DNA of 64,000 nucleotides. Source: Octopus bimaculoides (taxonomy: Eukaryota). Both the position numbers and the translations under genes were made by a program. The stretch covers positions 73,065,967 through 73,129,966 of the forward strand of contig NC_068983.1 in the NCBI RefSeq assembly GCF_001194135.2, given 5' to 3'. The notes beneath the pieces are model-generated. The model worked only from the letters and a program-made list of their open reading frames with translations, was not told the DNA's origin and did no database searches. The first letter of the stretch is position 1. Each line of letters starts with the position of its first letter. Below, piece after piece: positions 13,604 through 27,791 of this stretch.

Positions 13604-15394
13604 TTAAACCATTATTGTTAGAGCAGTGGATTGGCATAATTGGTAAGGAGGAAGATATTTGCAAGGATATTAATTCCATCCCTTTGTGTTCAGAGTTCAA
13701 ACACTGACATAATTGACTTTGCTTTTCATCTTTCCCAGGTCAATAAACTATGCACCAGTCAAGTGTTGGGATAGATTTAATTAACTATATACCCTCATCC
13801 AATTAATTATTGCCTTGTGTTTTAGTCAGAAATTAAATTAGCACTGTTACATCAATGAAAACAGGGTCTCTAAATTTATTTGTGCTATTTTTTAGCAATA
13901 ATGATCCTTTGAACACCTCCAAAAAATCTTACAAAATATTTTTTTAATATAAAGAAGGTACAGTAAGTGATAGGTACCAAACTGTCTTAAGTAAGCATGT
14001 AGAATAATAAAACTATAGACAGAGAAGACAGGAGTCTGAAAATTTAGAGTTATTGTATAATGCTCTAAATATTTATTTATCAGCGACAAAGTATTAATAC
14101 CGAAAGGTAATATTTATCTGTACTTAAATGTAGATGTTCTGTTAGAACAAACTATACTGTGGTAGTTACGAGAGAAACTTTTATATTGGCTTTTGGTCCA
14201 AAATACACTCTTGTTTATACTGCTAGCAGGGAGGTAAGTCCACACAACCTCCAGCACTGAGACCACCAGATCATGTGATTTTGACCATCCTTGATCTTGT
14301 AAATGATAGACACCTAACCACTAGAGATAGCAGTGATTCATCTCATTGCCAGCAATATATAGAATAACAGTGCTGGAACAGATGCTTTTGTCACGATTAG
14401 CGAGTGAGCTTGTTAAAAAATATAAAAAATGTTCTCAATAGGATATTACTATTCAAGTGAAAAATAGCAACTCTACAAGTCAGTATTAGTAAGAGCATCT
14501 AAGCCAAAGATACTTGATCTAAATATTTATAGAACCATAAAATACTTGATTCAAATATACATATACTCATGTGAAGTCCATTGTCCATCCAATAAGAACA
14601 ATAAATATAAATAGCTAAGATAAACACTGTAGCAAAGGCATTCACAACAGAAACTAACATAATATTTCCGCCAAAAGAGAATACTGCATCCAGTATCACA
14701 GTCCCAGATCAAAGGAAATACGTTCTATGATCAAAGGTATTTCCATAGGTATAGAATACCTAAGACATCATCCAATATGCCCTTCCTTTTTGAAGGGCAT
14801 ATTGGATGAAGGGGATTTAGTTGCTATTTCTCTAAAGTGACCACATTCATTTTACATCCATTTTTCCATGCTAACAAGGGTTAGGCAAATACATATTAAG
14901 GTATTGTTTTTACAGCTGGATGCCTTTCCTTTCATAAACCTCTAACTGCATTTTAAGTAAGCATTTTTTTTTATCCCACTTGCTTTCAAAAACACAAAGC
15001 TAGAAGATAATTTTGTTGAGAGGCAATGTCAGCAATGTATTTAGTACAATGTATATATATAAAGAATGTGTGTGTGTGAGCACATTCATGTTTCTAGTCT
15101 TAACATTGTGCACTAATTGTAAATAAATGCCATTATAACATGAATGGTGTCACTTGTTTACAACCATCTGTGAAAATGTCTGACAATTGTACTTTTTTTA
15201 TGTTCAAAGGACTATGAGAAATATTACCTTACATGAAAACAGATGAGAGTTGGTGACAAGAAGAGTACCCAACCACAGAAAATTTGCGTCATGAATTCCA
15301 CCTGACTCATGCCAACATAAAAAGTATGTGGGTATGAATACACGTATAACAGAGTGTAAGTGTCTTAAAAGAAAAATTGAGTATAAAAGACATC

Positions 15395-15870
15395 AGCTGA
15401 AGTGTGCTTGAGAGAAGTCTGTGCTGGTATGGTCATGTGATGCATATGGACAAGGACAGTTGCATAAAGAAGTGCCAATCTCTAATTGTGGAAGGACCTG
15501 TGGAACAGGTAGACCCAGAAAGATGTGGAACAAGGTGGTGAAATATGATCTTCAGTTGTTGAGTTTCATGGAAGTGATGACAAGTGACCAAGACTTCTGG
15601 CAGTTTGCTGTGCTAGAGAAGAAATGTCAAGCTAAATGAAATCATGGTCATGGACAGTGCCAAAGGCATCAGTGCCAGTGACACATAAAAGACACCCAGT
15701 ACACACTATAGAATGGTTGGCATTAAGAAGGGCATCCATTAAGAAGGGCACAGAAAGCAAACCAAAACAAATGACTGGAGCCTGAAGCAGCTCTCCAGTT
15801 TACCAGCTCAGGTCAAACCGTCTAACCCATACCAGCATTCAAAATAGGCGTTAAGTGATGATGATAATTT
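15395..15870 (+). mobile_element. RTE LINE 3' end (older)
   Basis: CGTGRPRKMWNKVVKYDL...EKKCQAK*, then the same 3'UTR and gatgat tail. Confidence 0.8.
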
Positions 15871-17528
15871 ATATATATATAATTATAGGATGTACAGATA
15901 TGCTATACAATTCTCTGCAAGACAGAAAGATCATTTGTGTGGGAGAGAAAAGAAAGGGAGAAAGAAGATTAAAGAGAAACTGTATGATAAAAATAGGTTT
16001 GAATTTCATATCACAAAATGACATATTTTAGAATGTTGCAGTTTCTGTGACTATCCAGCTTTCTCAAACTTCCACCAACTACAGCATTCAGTTTTTCAAC
16101 ATTGCTTTTTTAATGTTCTGTTTCATCTCAGACCCAGGATTTATTTTGTTCAGGCATTATTCTCGAGTTGCAACTGGTTCACTGCGCAAAAATTTCGTAA
16201 AGATTTGTTGAGAAATGACAACATTGTTACAAAACAAACAAACATTCTTTTCAAGAAAGTAATGTATGATGTGAGGGACGTCTGGCTGCTATTTCAGGCA
16301 AGTTGAACAAGCACAAAGGCTTCTTTGTTGGCTGAACAAAGCCTCACTGTGTACAAGTGCTCACAAATACCAATTCAGGAAGTGAACCATTTTGAGTTAA
16401 TCCTCTTCCATTATACTATTTCTGTACTAGTACAAGTTTAACTTTCAGATTTTCTCAATATTTCTGTTTCAACCATTCACTGGATCATCTTATCCCAATA
16501 TTAATTCACCTTATAGTGATGTGACTAGTGGCACAGAATATTCCTTTCTCCTTATTTATTCCTATAGATTACATATGCCTTGATAAGGAATGGGATGGCT
16601 AAATAAAATAAAAAACTACATACACGCATGCAAATATATATATATATATATATATATATAAACATTAATCAGTTTCAGTCATTAAACTGTGGCCATACTG
16701 AGGCATCACATTCTATGATATAGTTGAATCTTTTAGACTCAAGTACTTTTTCTGATACTATTTTATCAGCCACAAAAGTATGGAAGTTAAAATGGAAATG
16801 TGCAAGATTTGCACTGAATAGAAAATGAAATACCACAAGGTATCCAGTGGCATACTGATTCAGCCATATAGATAAAGTGAGGAGTGAGGGAGATGTGTGT
16901 GTGTATAAATATATATATATATATATATATATAACTCTTCGAAACGCTTAGGTTTAGAATGGTGGCAGCTGATGAAGGAAATGTTCTCTATGTGGCCTGT
17001 GTGTTTTCTGTACTCCGCTTATCATTTTGTCCACATTTTTTTTTGCAACGTCCTGTACCCAGATATGCATCTATATATACATGTAGATGTAGGTATGTAC
17101 ATACATGTACGTATATATGCATATACTCATATTTGTATTATATATATATTTGTATTATATATATATATATATATATATATACATACACAAACACACACAT
17201 ACTCACAACTTTAATTGCTGATCTCATATACAATTAATTTCAATTCTGATTTTAAAAATTACATCACAATGAGACCACACACACATACATACACTGGGGT
17301 TTGTAATTCATATGATCAACAGTGCCTTTTACAATGAAAATGTTAGACCAACCAATGAATGGGACCACAATTTTACATCTTTATATTATAAGAATAGCTT
17401 TCTGCTGCCATGCCAATGGTATTTGGTAATGATGACTACATTGCTGAGAAGTAGAATAGTGAAATTTTGAAGTAATTTCACACCTGGGTTCTTGATAATG
17501 AGAAGCTTGAACAAAGATGTCATTCATT

Positions 17529-17562
<34 letters not shown>

Positions 17563-19794
17563 ATTTTATCTCCATGGTTATCAACAATATAATGAACCAA
17601 TGAAGAAATCTTAATGCGGTTGCACAATCTATTATTAAAAACATAAACCAAATCTTCCTCACTTCATACTTCTAGCTTTAAAAATAGGACATGGGATAAG
17701 TTAGTTCTAGATACACTATACCTGAAAATATGAGAAAGTAATAGCTGGAAGGTCCTTGATCAAAAGTTTGCTTAGCTAGGCCAGACCAATTGCTAACAAA
17801 AGGGATTTCTTTTTCTTCCACTCACCCACACACTAACATCCATTTTGCTCATTTTTTCAATAACTTGAACCTCAAAGACATTTACATTATTATAGATCCA
17901 AAGCTTGGAAGGAGACCTCCAGTTCTTCGATTAAACTATTAAGTCAAGTACTTTAACCAAAATTAAAATTTTAAATCTTTAAGAGTTTGCATCGACCAGA
18001 ACAATAGCTCAGTACTGTTTTTTTAATTTACATGTCACGGTGACATTGTATAACCTATAAACCTCTACACAGGATCTAAATATATGATTAAAATGTAGGC
18101 AAATTATAAAACTCTAAATACATATAACAATTAGTGCTTTTCAAATCTATCAATATCAAATTGACATGACTCAAAACTGTAAAGAAATATTAACAAGTAT
18201 GTTAAAATAACCTGTTAGTAAAGAGTGTAACTGTATGCAATCATGCAGTTTGTGTGCGAGTGTGTAACAGCACATATACATTTGTATACATGTGCAAGTG
18301 AGCAGAGAGGGACATAATGATAGAATAAGCCATTAAGAATTGTGTGCTGTACCTGTAACTTTAAATAGTAATCATCATAAAGCAAAGAGTGAACAATAAG
18401 TTCACATTTCTGACTGAGTAGTGCAGTGTTGTTGACCCACCAGCAACCCACCATCTATCTATTCACCTACATATCTCTCTCTACCCAACAATCAGCAATT
18501 CTTTCTGAATGTCAGTACAACTGAAAACTGGGAATGGTCTCCAGCAACAGAGAATTAACTGATAAAATAACATTCATTAATTTAGTTAACAATAGATTAG
18601 TTCTCCATGTTCTAGCTGAGTCTGATGTATATAATAAGAGTAAAACCACCATGAATGCAACCTAATTATTTTAACCACAACCACTACTACCTAATGCCAA
18701 CACCAGTAAAGGAAATGACCATTAACAAGTAACAGCTATGTTTGATATCAATCAAATCTTCCCAGAAATGATTAAATTAGCTAAAAATAAGTTCCAAATT
18801 AAAAGTTAAGGTAAGAGTGGGCAGCAGTGAGTTTGAAAATGTGTGTGAGTATTTGTCAGAGAATGAGCTCGGTAGTGTAAGGGAATGTAGGTGTATGAGC
18901 GTGCATGAGTAAGAGAGTGCATAAGTTTCAAGCAATGTGTGAGTGCAAGTGAATTTGAACAAGAGAATGAGTGTGTCTCAAATGGGGAGGAACTTGTGTA
19001 ACAACATGTGCAAGTGACACAGTGCACACAATAGCAGTGAGTGCAAATGTGATGCATGCGCAGTGTTACAATAGAGATCTGGCAGCAAGTACAAGTATAT
19101 TTGTGAGAGATATGATGAAATTAAGACTTTCAAAAATAAGAGCTCTGCAATGTAACAACTAAAATAGCAGAATGAAACATAGACACATGCGTATTCATGT
19201 ATTATAAGTACGGTAGCAATATGCTTAAACTACAAGACTTTGGTTGGTATATGAGATCATCTGTTGCTGTAAACATTACTTATCTTTCACATTGTTGAAA
19301 TAAGGAACTAGACACTACATAAACTCAGCATCATTAGCCCAAAAATAAGTAGACCTTCGAGCACATTAACACACTGGAAAAAGAAAGCTAAGACTCATCC
19401 GAATGCTAAATAAATAAATTACTAGTTCTATACACACCTGCACAAAAAATTGTGCAAGCAAAAACAAAAACAAAACAAAACAGTACTCAATATAAAATGC
19501 AATGTTATGATGTATCTATTTATTAATATCACTAACTGTTACCTAGTGACTGTTGCTCTAATCTTCAGGTATAGTATCCAAAAATTTGAAGCATGAAATT
19601 CAGAGTAACAGTGAGTAAAGTTCCAGTTTCCAATATATATTCTATCACTTCAAGTCCCTATTATATATCTGTTCTGAACATATCACAGCTCATTTCAAAA
19701 ACAAAATTTCCTTTTAACCGCCACTGTTTTACCAGACATCATGGAGAGACCTCACTTTCTACATTCCCTGATGAAGTAGACATATCTTTCTTTT

Positions 19795-20180
19795 ATCTTT
19801 AACTTGTTTCTGTCATTGAACTGCAGTCATGCTGGGGCACAACTTTGAAGGGTTTAACCAAACAACTCAACCTCAATATTCCATTTTTAAAGCTTGGTAC
19901 TTATTCTATCAGTCTCTTATGCTGAACCATTAAGTTATGGGGGATGTAAACAAATTGTTATCAGTTGTCAAGCAGTGGTGATGACCAAACACAGATACAC
20001 ACACACACACACACATATAAGACAGAGATCTTTCAGTTTCTGTCTATCAAATCCACTCACAAGGCTTTGGTCAACCTGGGGCTATAGTAGAAGATACTTT
20101 CCCAAGTTGCCATGCTGTGGAACTGAACCCAAGGCCACGTGGTTGGGAAGCAAACTTCTTATCACACAGTCATGTCTGCA
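19795..20180 (-). mobile_element. SINE family A copy
   Basis: acttgtttctgtcattgaactgcag...ccactcacaaggctttggtcaacctggggctatagtagaagatac...cacacagtcatg. Confidence 0.8.
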
Positions 20181-21870
20181 CCAAGAAATATTTCAGTCAT
20201 AACAATCCTTCTTTTTAGGAGTATCTTTCACTACATTATCCAATGTCTTCCTTTATTTAAGTATAGCAGAGTGTAATTTGAAGATTTGTCTGCTACTTTT
20301 AGGCAAAGAGTGACCACAAAGAGGTTCCCTTGCTGGCTCTTCATTAAGCAAATCAGGTGACATCTATCCCCTTTTCCCTTGAGTAGCGTGCTAGTCTAAT
20401 GCATATTTCGCACATAGGAAGAAAATTTCAAGTCAAAACTGCCAGCTAGTATACTCATTAATTGGAACACCAAGCTATACCTCTTGATGGTTCCTATTTG
20501 GTTCCTTGTTGGACTTGGCTGTGATCAGGATATGAAAGGTCAACTATATGGATAGAAAATAACATTAGTTAGTAATTAGGCAGGCTGCAGCTATCTACAT
20601 GGATGTTAACCCTTTTGTGACTATATTTCTAACAAGTATACTGCTTCTGTGCTTCAATTAATTTTCGACATAATCAAGGATTTGGGTGGAGAGGTTAGTA
20701 AATTATTTGAAACTTAGTATATTGATATATTATACTGCTGTTGCCAAACTGAAATCCCACATCATTCTGCTTATATTGAGATTTTACCTTGAATACAAAT
20801 GCTTTAGAATGGATGGTCTAAGATAGGATATAAATAAATAAATAAAATAAATAAGAAACAGATTGCAACATATTGATCAAATTTTGAAGTTTAAGTTCGA
20901 TATCAGATTACAAAACTGGCTCTCAGATAAGGACTGCAGCAACACCAGCAATCAATTTTGTTATAGGCATAAAACAAATATGTAAGAAAAGCAATATTGG
21001 GAAGTTGTGAAATTTATGCATTGGCAAATGGTATAGATATAACATAGATGGAATAAAATGGTTGCAATCTGGGATTGAAATTATGCAACAGACTTGTCTC
21101 AACATCATCAAAAATGAAAAATAGTTTTCTTTCTTCACTTAAGTGAGTAGGAGGTAGACAAGGATAAAGAAGAGATGTCAATTTATAATGAGTTTCACAG
21201 GAATAAATGTTTTAATAAAACTGTTTCTTCCATTCACCTCAGTAGCTAATACTGTATCAATGTTCATTAAAGAGAGTGTTGTTTGTTGTATATAATTTTT
21301 TTCTTCTTTTTAAAAAAACTACATTGGTATGCTTGCTAAATAGGAGGAAAGTGCACCAATGAAAGCCACCACTTTACAACTAGAAACTCATACTCATACC
21401 CCAACACCTATATTAGCAGCAGCAGCAGCACCACCACCACCACTACTATCAATCATTACAAACAGACACCCAACTATTTTCCCATTAAATGAGATTAGAA
21501 AACACTGGCCTGACTGCTAACCAATAGTCATATAACGTAAGTCTTATCACAGCTATTTTGAGAATTGCTTCATGCTGAACTGTTAGAGTGCCAACACAGT
21601 GGCTGAAGGATTCACACTTCGTAACATGACCAATGTTTAATGTTCTGCCTTGGATAAACTCTTACTGGCCCAGATCATCCAGCAGCAATTAAGTCCAATG
21701 TGAAAGCACAGCAGAGTTCAAAGTAGCTAGTGACACCATATTCTCTATTATAGGACAACCTCCACTTCTTTAATGGTTTTAACTTCAAGTGTCAGTACAC
21801 AGATCTCAAACAGTTCACAACACATTAACATTCAACTATGTTCCCTGGCAAAAAAAACATCTAACTTTTA

Positions 21871-22182
21871 GCAGGAGTGGCTGTGTGGTAAGTAGCTTGC
21901 TTACCAACCACATAGTTCCGGGTTCAGTCCCACTGCGTGGCACCTTGGGCAAGTGTCTTCTACTATAGCCTCAGGCCGACCAAAGTTTTGTGAGTGGATT
22001 TGGTAAACGGAAACAAAGAAGCCTGTCGTATGCATGTATATATATATATGTGTGCGTGTCTGTGTTTGTCTCCCCAACATCGCTTGACAACCGATGGTGG
22101 TATGTTTACGTCCCCGTAACTTAGCAGTTCGGCAAAAGAGACCGACAGAATAAGTACTAGGCTTACAAAAAATGAGTCTTGG
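21871..22182 (+). mobile_element. SINE family A copy
   Basis: gcaggagtggctgtgtggtaagtagcttgcttaccaaccacatagttccgggttcagtcccactgcgtggcaccttgggcaagtg..., running into a gap. Confidence 0.9.
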
Positions 22183-22468
22183 NNNNNNNNNNNNNNNNNN
22201 NNNNNNNNNNNNNNNNNNNNNNNNNNNNNNNNNNNNNNNNNNNNNNNNNNNNNNNNNNNNNNNNNNNNNNNNNNNNNNNNNNNNNNNNNNNNNNNNNNNN
22301 NNNNNNNNNNNNNNNNNNNNNNNNNNNNNNNNNNNNNNNNNNNNNNNNNNNNNNNNNNNNNNNNNNNNNNNNNNNNNNNNNNNNNNNNNNNNNNNNNNNN
22401 NNNNNNNNNNNNNNNNNNNNNNNNNNNNNNNNNNNNNNNNNNNNNNNNNNNNNNNNNNNNNNNNNNNN
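22183..22468. other. Assembly gap (others at about 8251, 26279, 36027, 43676, 45222, 48949, 50038, 51295, 59195)
   Basis: Runs of N, mostly bordered by microsatellites or SINE ends. Confidence 1.
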
Positions 22469-23154
22469 TGATACTAGCTTTCTCTCCTCAGCACTTACTG
22501 GTGCTAAAGTAAGTCTATTAAAAACATTACAACACACCTGCCTTTTGTATCACTTCCCACTTCACAAAATATATCAAGATACCTTTTTCTGCTCATGACT
22601 AACCTTCAACACTTGCAAAATGAAGAATGAAAAATAAACTCAAGATAAACTATCAGTTTCGTTTGAATGGGCACAAGGCCAATTGCAACAAAATAAGATG
22701 ATGGTGGTGGTGGTGGTGGTGGTAGTGTGTGTGGGTGGGTGGATGAGTTCATAGTTGATTAAATCAGCAGTAATATATTACCGCTGTTTATTTTAACAAA
22801 AACTCATCTCACATACCCAAGTTAAAATATTTCAGTCAAACCCAATGAGATCTTCAAATCAGATTTGTGATGCACTGAATATGACCAAACATTTTGTCTA
22901 GATATTTGTTATAGAGTCAAAATGACTAAGTAAAATATCAAACTTCCAAAATGGCTGCAAATTCATATCTTACTGAAGTTCTATTGTCTTTCATGAAAAC
23001 AGATAATTCTACATGCCTCTGTTAACTTAGCTGGAGAATGCCTATCAAAACTTCCCCAGATAGTTACCAGCATCAGGCTAGGCTATTCATAAGATTCGAC
23101 TCACCTGCTCAAGGCTAGAGATTATTTGCACCATTGTGTCACCAAAGACTAGGT

Positions 23155-23240
23155 CAGTGGTTCCCAACCTGGGGTCCACAAAGGTAGTACTGGGGATCCA
23201 TGAACTAAATTCATTTAAATAAAAGGGTTGGGAACCACTG
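23155..23240. mobile_element. 86-bp hAT (Charlie-type) MITE
   Basis: Perfect 15-bp TIR cagtggttcccaacc / ggttgggaaccactg. The 8-bp flanks gactaggt / gtctagat resemble the hAT target consensus. Confidence 0.85.
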
Positions 23241-23558
23241 GTCTAGATCACTGCATTTAGTTAAACTACTGTCCTGGCAATTTCCTCCAAGCCCATAACC
23301 AACTATATAGATTTTGTCTCACACACACACACACAAAAACACAAAGCTGACATTTTAAGAAGTTTTGTTTGCAACAACAAGGTTCTATGTTCAGTTCTAC
23401 TGCATGGTGGCTTCTGCAAATGCCGTCTTTTATGGCCATGGGGATGAAATTAATGAAAGCCCATCAAATATGTCTGTTTGCAAAGGATGTAGAATCATAG
23501 CTTTGAACAAAAATACCTTATGGCATTTGGTTTGCACTCAGTTCAGTTTCTACCTTAA

Positions 23559-23752
23559 CCCTTTAGCCTTCATATTACTCTTTCAAATGTAATGCTTATT
23601 TTGAATTAATCATGCATTATCTTGTAGCTAAGAGATTTTCATGCTTTGATTGCTTATTTTTAGAATGACATTGTAGTATAGGTACGAGAGGCCAGTTTTA
23701 ACATAAAACTGGTAGAATATCTAGGCTTGTGGCCAATTTGAATGCTAAAGGG
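23559..23752. mobile_element. piggyBac-like TTAA MITE (best copy)
   Basis: ttaa|ccctttagc ... gctaaaggg|ttaa. The same family occurs at 2472-2690, 13399-13603 and 45035-45221. Confidence 0.75.
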
Positions 23753-24204
23753 TTAAAAGATTATGAAAATCCACTAAAATCATCAAAAGCACTGCCACAG
23801 TCTAATTACCAAAATCAATAAAGGAATATCAATAAATTTAAATATATACAAATACGTATATATTTTCATTAACACTGATGACTTTTCTCATCATTATGGT
23901 TGTAGTTTCAATTGATTAAAAATTGCTTACAACTTACCACCTTATGCATTATAGCATTCACTGATGATGATCATTTTAATGTCCACTTTTCCATGCTTGT
24001 ATGGATCAGACAGAAAGTCTGCCTCAGTAAACTCTATGGCCAGATGCCCTTCCTGTCACCAACCCTTATCTGTTTCCAAGTTAGGAAATATTTCCCTTGG
24101 AAATGAATGACATTTATTTACAACATTACACGATGTCATAAGGAGACAGAAACACAAATAACACACAGACGATGGGCTTTTTTCAGTTTCCATCTCCAAA
24201 TTCA

Positions 24205-24880
24205 TGTGTTGCGTATGGATGAGGACAGTTGTGTGAAAAAGTGTCACACCCTAGCAGTAAAGGGAACCTGTGGAAGAGGTAGACCCAGGAAGACCTGGGA
24301 TGAGGTGGTGAAGCATGACCTTTAAAAGTTGGGCCTCAGAAAGGCGATGACGAGTGACCAAGACCTTTGGAGATATGCTGTGCTTGAGAAGATCTGGCAA
24401 GCCAAGTGAGACCGTAACCGTGGCCTATGCCAGTGGTGTATAACCAGCCCATTTAAGAGTACCCTTCAATCATTGGGCAATAAACTGTGCTTGCGAAGAC
24501 CTGTTGAGTCAGGTGAAGTCATTGTCATGGCTGATGCCAGTACCGCCTGACTGGCACCCGTGCCAGCGGCACATAAAAAGCACCATCCAAGCATGGTCGT
24601 TGCCAGTGCTGCTTGACTGGCTCCCGTGCTGGTAGCATATAAAAAGCACCATCCAAGCATGGTCGTTGCCAGTGCTGCCTAACTGGCCCTCGTGCCACCG
24701 GCACATAAAAAGCACCCACTACAGTCTCTGAGTAGTTGGCATTAGGAAGGGCATCCAGCTGTAGAAACCTTGCCAGATCAGATTGGAGCCTGGTACAGCC
24801 TTCTGGCTTGCCAGTCCTCAGTCAAACCATCCAACCCATGCCAGCATGGAAAGCAGACGTTAAACGACGATGATGGTGAT
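24205..24880 (+). mobile_element. RTE LINE 3' end (ORF2 C-terminus plus 3'UTR)
   Basis: MDEDSCVKKCHTLAVKGTCGRGRPRKTWDEVVKHDL contains the RTE GRPRKTW motif. The 3'UTR has 66-bp tandem units and a (gat)n tail. Confidence 0.85.
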
Positions 24881-25406
24881 GTATATGTCTCTCTCTAAAT
24901 ATAAGTGTATTATTTTGCTATTAATTTTTATTTCTTAAATTATTATTATAAATCTATTAGAATAGAAGTAAAATCCCAAGCTTTTCAAATGTCACTAACT
25001 AAAAACTACACAAATATTTGTTTATCTATATGTGTATGTTGTTTGTGTGTGCACCCTGTATGTATATGCATACATTAGTGTCTGCAGGGTATCTGTATAC
25101 CTGAGCGCATGCTTTTTGATATGTATGTGTATGAGAGAGGGGGAAATGTGTGTGTATGTTGCTCAGAGAAGTCAAGTGTGAATAGAAAAACTTCATGTTT
25201 ATGCATGTATGTCTGTGATGATGTATTGCTTGAATAGGAGTGTGGGCATATGTGAGGGTTTATGTATTGAGCAGAAAGAAATGTGTGAATGGATGTGTGT
25301 AAAAGTGTTTTACATGCATATAGATGTGAATACTTCTTAATTCATATGTTTGAGTGTGGGTTTATGTATTGTTGAGTCAAAAGTTTCACCCAGAGTCACC
25401 TCTGGA

Positions 25407-25890
25407 GTTCACTACTGACGTCACCAGGATTGATGACAGGAACATTGGAATGATCTTATACACCAAGTAAACAGTCCTTAACATTAAATAGTTTCTAATG
25501 GATCAGGTAGTCAATCCACTCTCCTTTCAACATTGATACAGGCACTAGTGATTCAGCTGAGATCACTGACCTTATCGGATTGTAAATAGAAAGCTGCTTT
25601 CCCAATATTAGGAGGATTCTACCACAAAGATGGCCTTGTCATCCTAACGAACTACAATCAAAGTAACAGACAGAATAAAAAAAAACCACTGATCTTTCAA
25701 GAAGCTGGAATATATAATAACCCTCCAGTTTAATTTTACAGCCACCAACTTCTTGGACATGATGCTGCACTTGGCAAATAACCTTTACTTATTGCAAGCA
25801 CAAAGAGGCACAAAATGACATCAACAAGCACTCCAATCATTCATAGTCCATTATCAACATTGCACTTGGGGAGCGCAAACCTCCACCAAG
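25407..25890 (+). mobile_element. Penelope-like retroelement RT relic
   Basis: Frameshifted FNIDTGTSDSAEITDLIGL (cf. FDVTMGSYDGAEVCELVGL), GGFYHKDGLVIL (cf. GLYRDDGL), TNFLDMMLHL and INKHSNH, in the expected order. Confidence 0.7.
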
Positions 25891-26779
25891 GCAACACCAA
25901 TGTCTTCTCAACAATTGGCCGGAGATGATTTTTATAATGAGAATATCTTAAATAAACTCGACTGCTCTCAGAAACAAGAATACTAAAAATGAACGCGACT
26001 GTTCTCAAAAATTAAGTAAAAAAACTGGAAAAATAATCCAGAAGCCTTGTCCGGTACCTGATCGATCCCAATGGTAGTCATAGAATGTGAAGGTGGGTGT
26101 GCAGACCGTGTTTGTAATGCTGTGTGTGTGTCATCTGCAGTGGGAACTGGGACATTTTTCTCTATGAAGGCCTATTTTTAATCTATCCACTGATATAGTG
26201 TCTTTACAACCATTAAGGTCTATAGTGAAAAATTTATCCATCCATGAGAGAAAACGGAACGGACCTGCATATAGTGCTNNNNNNNNNNTATAGTGAAAAA
26301 TTTATCCATCCATGAGAGAAAACGGAACGGACCTGCATATAGTGCTATTAATGGAGGTCTAACAACATCGTTGTGCACAAAAACATGAGTCCAAGAAGTA
26401 AAGCTTTCTTCAAGGCAGAGCTAGAAATGCAATTGTCAAGTAGGTAAGAGGTTTTAAACAGGAGTGATATATTCAAAACTGGTAAAACTAAAAATTGTCG
26501 AGGATAAATCAAATTTATTATTGTTACTGAATATGTTAGTGTTATTTAATTTCTAAACAGTTTTGCTGCCATTTGTTTATGTAGTTTGATTTCTTTATCC
26601 ATCAATTTCTTCTAAGATAGAGACGAGAGTAAAATTAATAATAGAGAAACGAAAATAAAACTTTGGAAACAGCAATGGCACCATAACTTATGTGGAAACC
26701 ATGAGCAAGCTTTTGAAGGAAATAATCAGAGAAAGACTTGAAAGTCAACATAAGATCATAATACTTCATGTAAAGTAAA

Positions 26780-26965
26780 TATAACAAATAATCCAGAATC
26801 TTTGCATGGTACCAGATCAATCTCAAAATCTAATCAGTCTGTGCCAGTCATGAGACCAAACATCCCTGAAAGTTTTATCAGAATCCATCCAGCGGTCCTT
26901 GAGATATCTTGTCCCCAGACAAACAAACATGACTGAAAACAATACCTCCGCCAAGGTAGTGGTAA
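26780..26965 (+). mobile_element. Dispersed repeat ending acaaacaaac..gactgaaaacaatacctccgccaagg..ggtaa (related fragment at 25940-26070)
   Basis: Two related copies share aataatccagaa..ggtacc.gatc. The end motif resembles a widespread non-autonomous DNA repeat. The superfamily (possibly Crypton-like) is not established. Confidence 0.5.
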
Positions 26966-27339
26966 CAACTTAAACAAAAAACTATTTCACTCTGTATTTT
27001 CCGACTATCCATCAATGATCACATATTTCATGCAATGCCCCATGCTATGAAGCCACCTTATGAAAGAACAAGTTTAGTGAAGAAATTTTTCTATCTTCCA
27101 CCTGCTAACTGATACCACAACTCAGAAGTAACAACACTGTTAAAACCTTGTTTTCAGACTCCTTCAGCAACACGTCCCTCTCCAACACTGCTACTATAAG
27201 ATTCTCAATAGGAATAATATCAAAATTAATTCTAGCAATTACAACTTAGCCTAGGACATAGGCCTTTCCAACCTTGTTACACTAAAAAGACAAAGAACTA
27301 CAACTAGTATGGAATATTTGGTTGTGAAATATATTGAGA

Positions 27340-27480
27340 GTCTAAACGGAAAGAATAACAGAATGGTCTTCTTGATGTCCTAATAACAACACATGCACAG
27401 AATGTAGATTGAGAACATCTGCATATGACAAGCCTGCATTCACATAGCAATACTTGGAACTTTGATTCCCATTATCCATG
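27340..27480 (+). mobile_element. Penelope-like RT thumb relic
   Basis: LLDVLIT ... RLRTSAYDKPAFT*QYL/NFDSHYP (cf. FLDVLI..RLKTSVYRKPTFTGQYLNFDSHHP). Confidence 0.65.
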
Positions 27481-27760
27481 AAGAGATCAACATCAAGCAA
27501 AACTCATATGTGGCAACCAAGACACATATCAACAAGAGATGATTAGGAAATAGAAAGACTATAGAATAACAACTACTGAGCAAGTATAGCGTTAGCTTCC
27601 GAGACAAAGGTATAAGAGTCAAGAATGTCAATCAGAAAAACACTGACTTGTTTACCTTACATAAGAGAAGCCTTTTGACTATAGCAAACGAAATGGGGAC
27701 ACTAGCCCAAATCTATCACTGAATGTTTTCTCATCTCAGAAATTCTAGCTAGCTAGCTAG

Positions 27761-27791
<31 letters not shown>

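Noticed and set aside
21871-21950. tRNA-like sequences (also 29570-29640, 45680-45760, 52693-52760)
   Set aside because: They are SINE heads joined to SINE bodies, with no complete cloverleaf, so they are not tRNA genes.
26221-26346. Exact 58-bp direct repeat flanking a 10-N gap
   Set aside because: Typical unmerged contig overlap, i.e. an assembly artefact.
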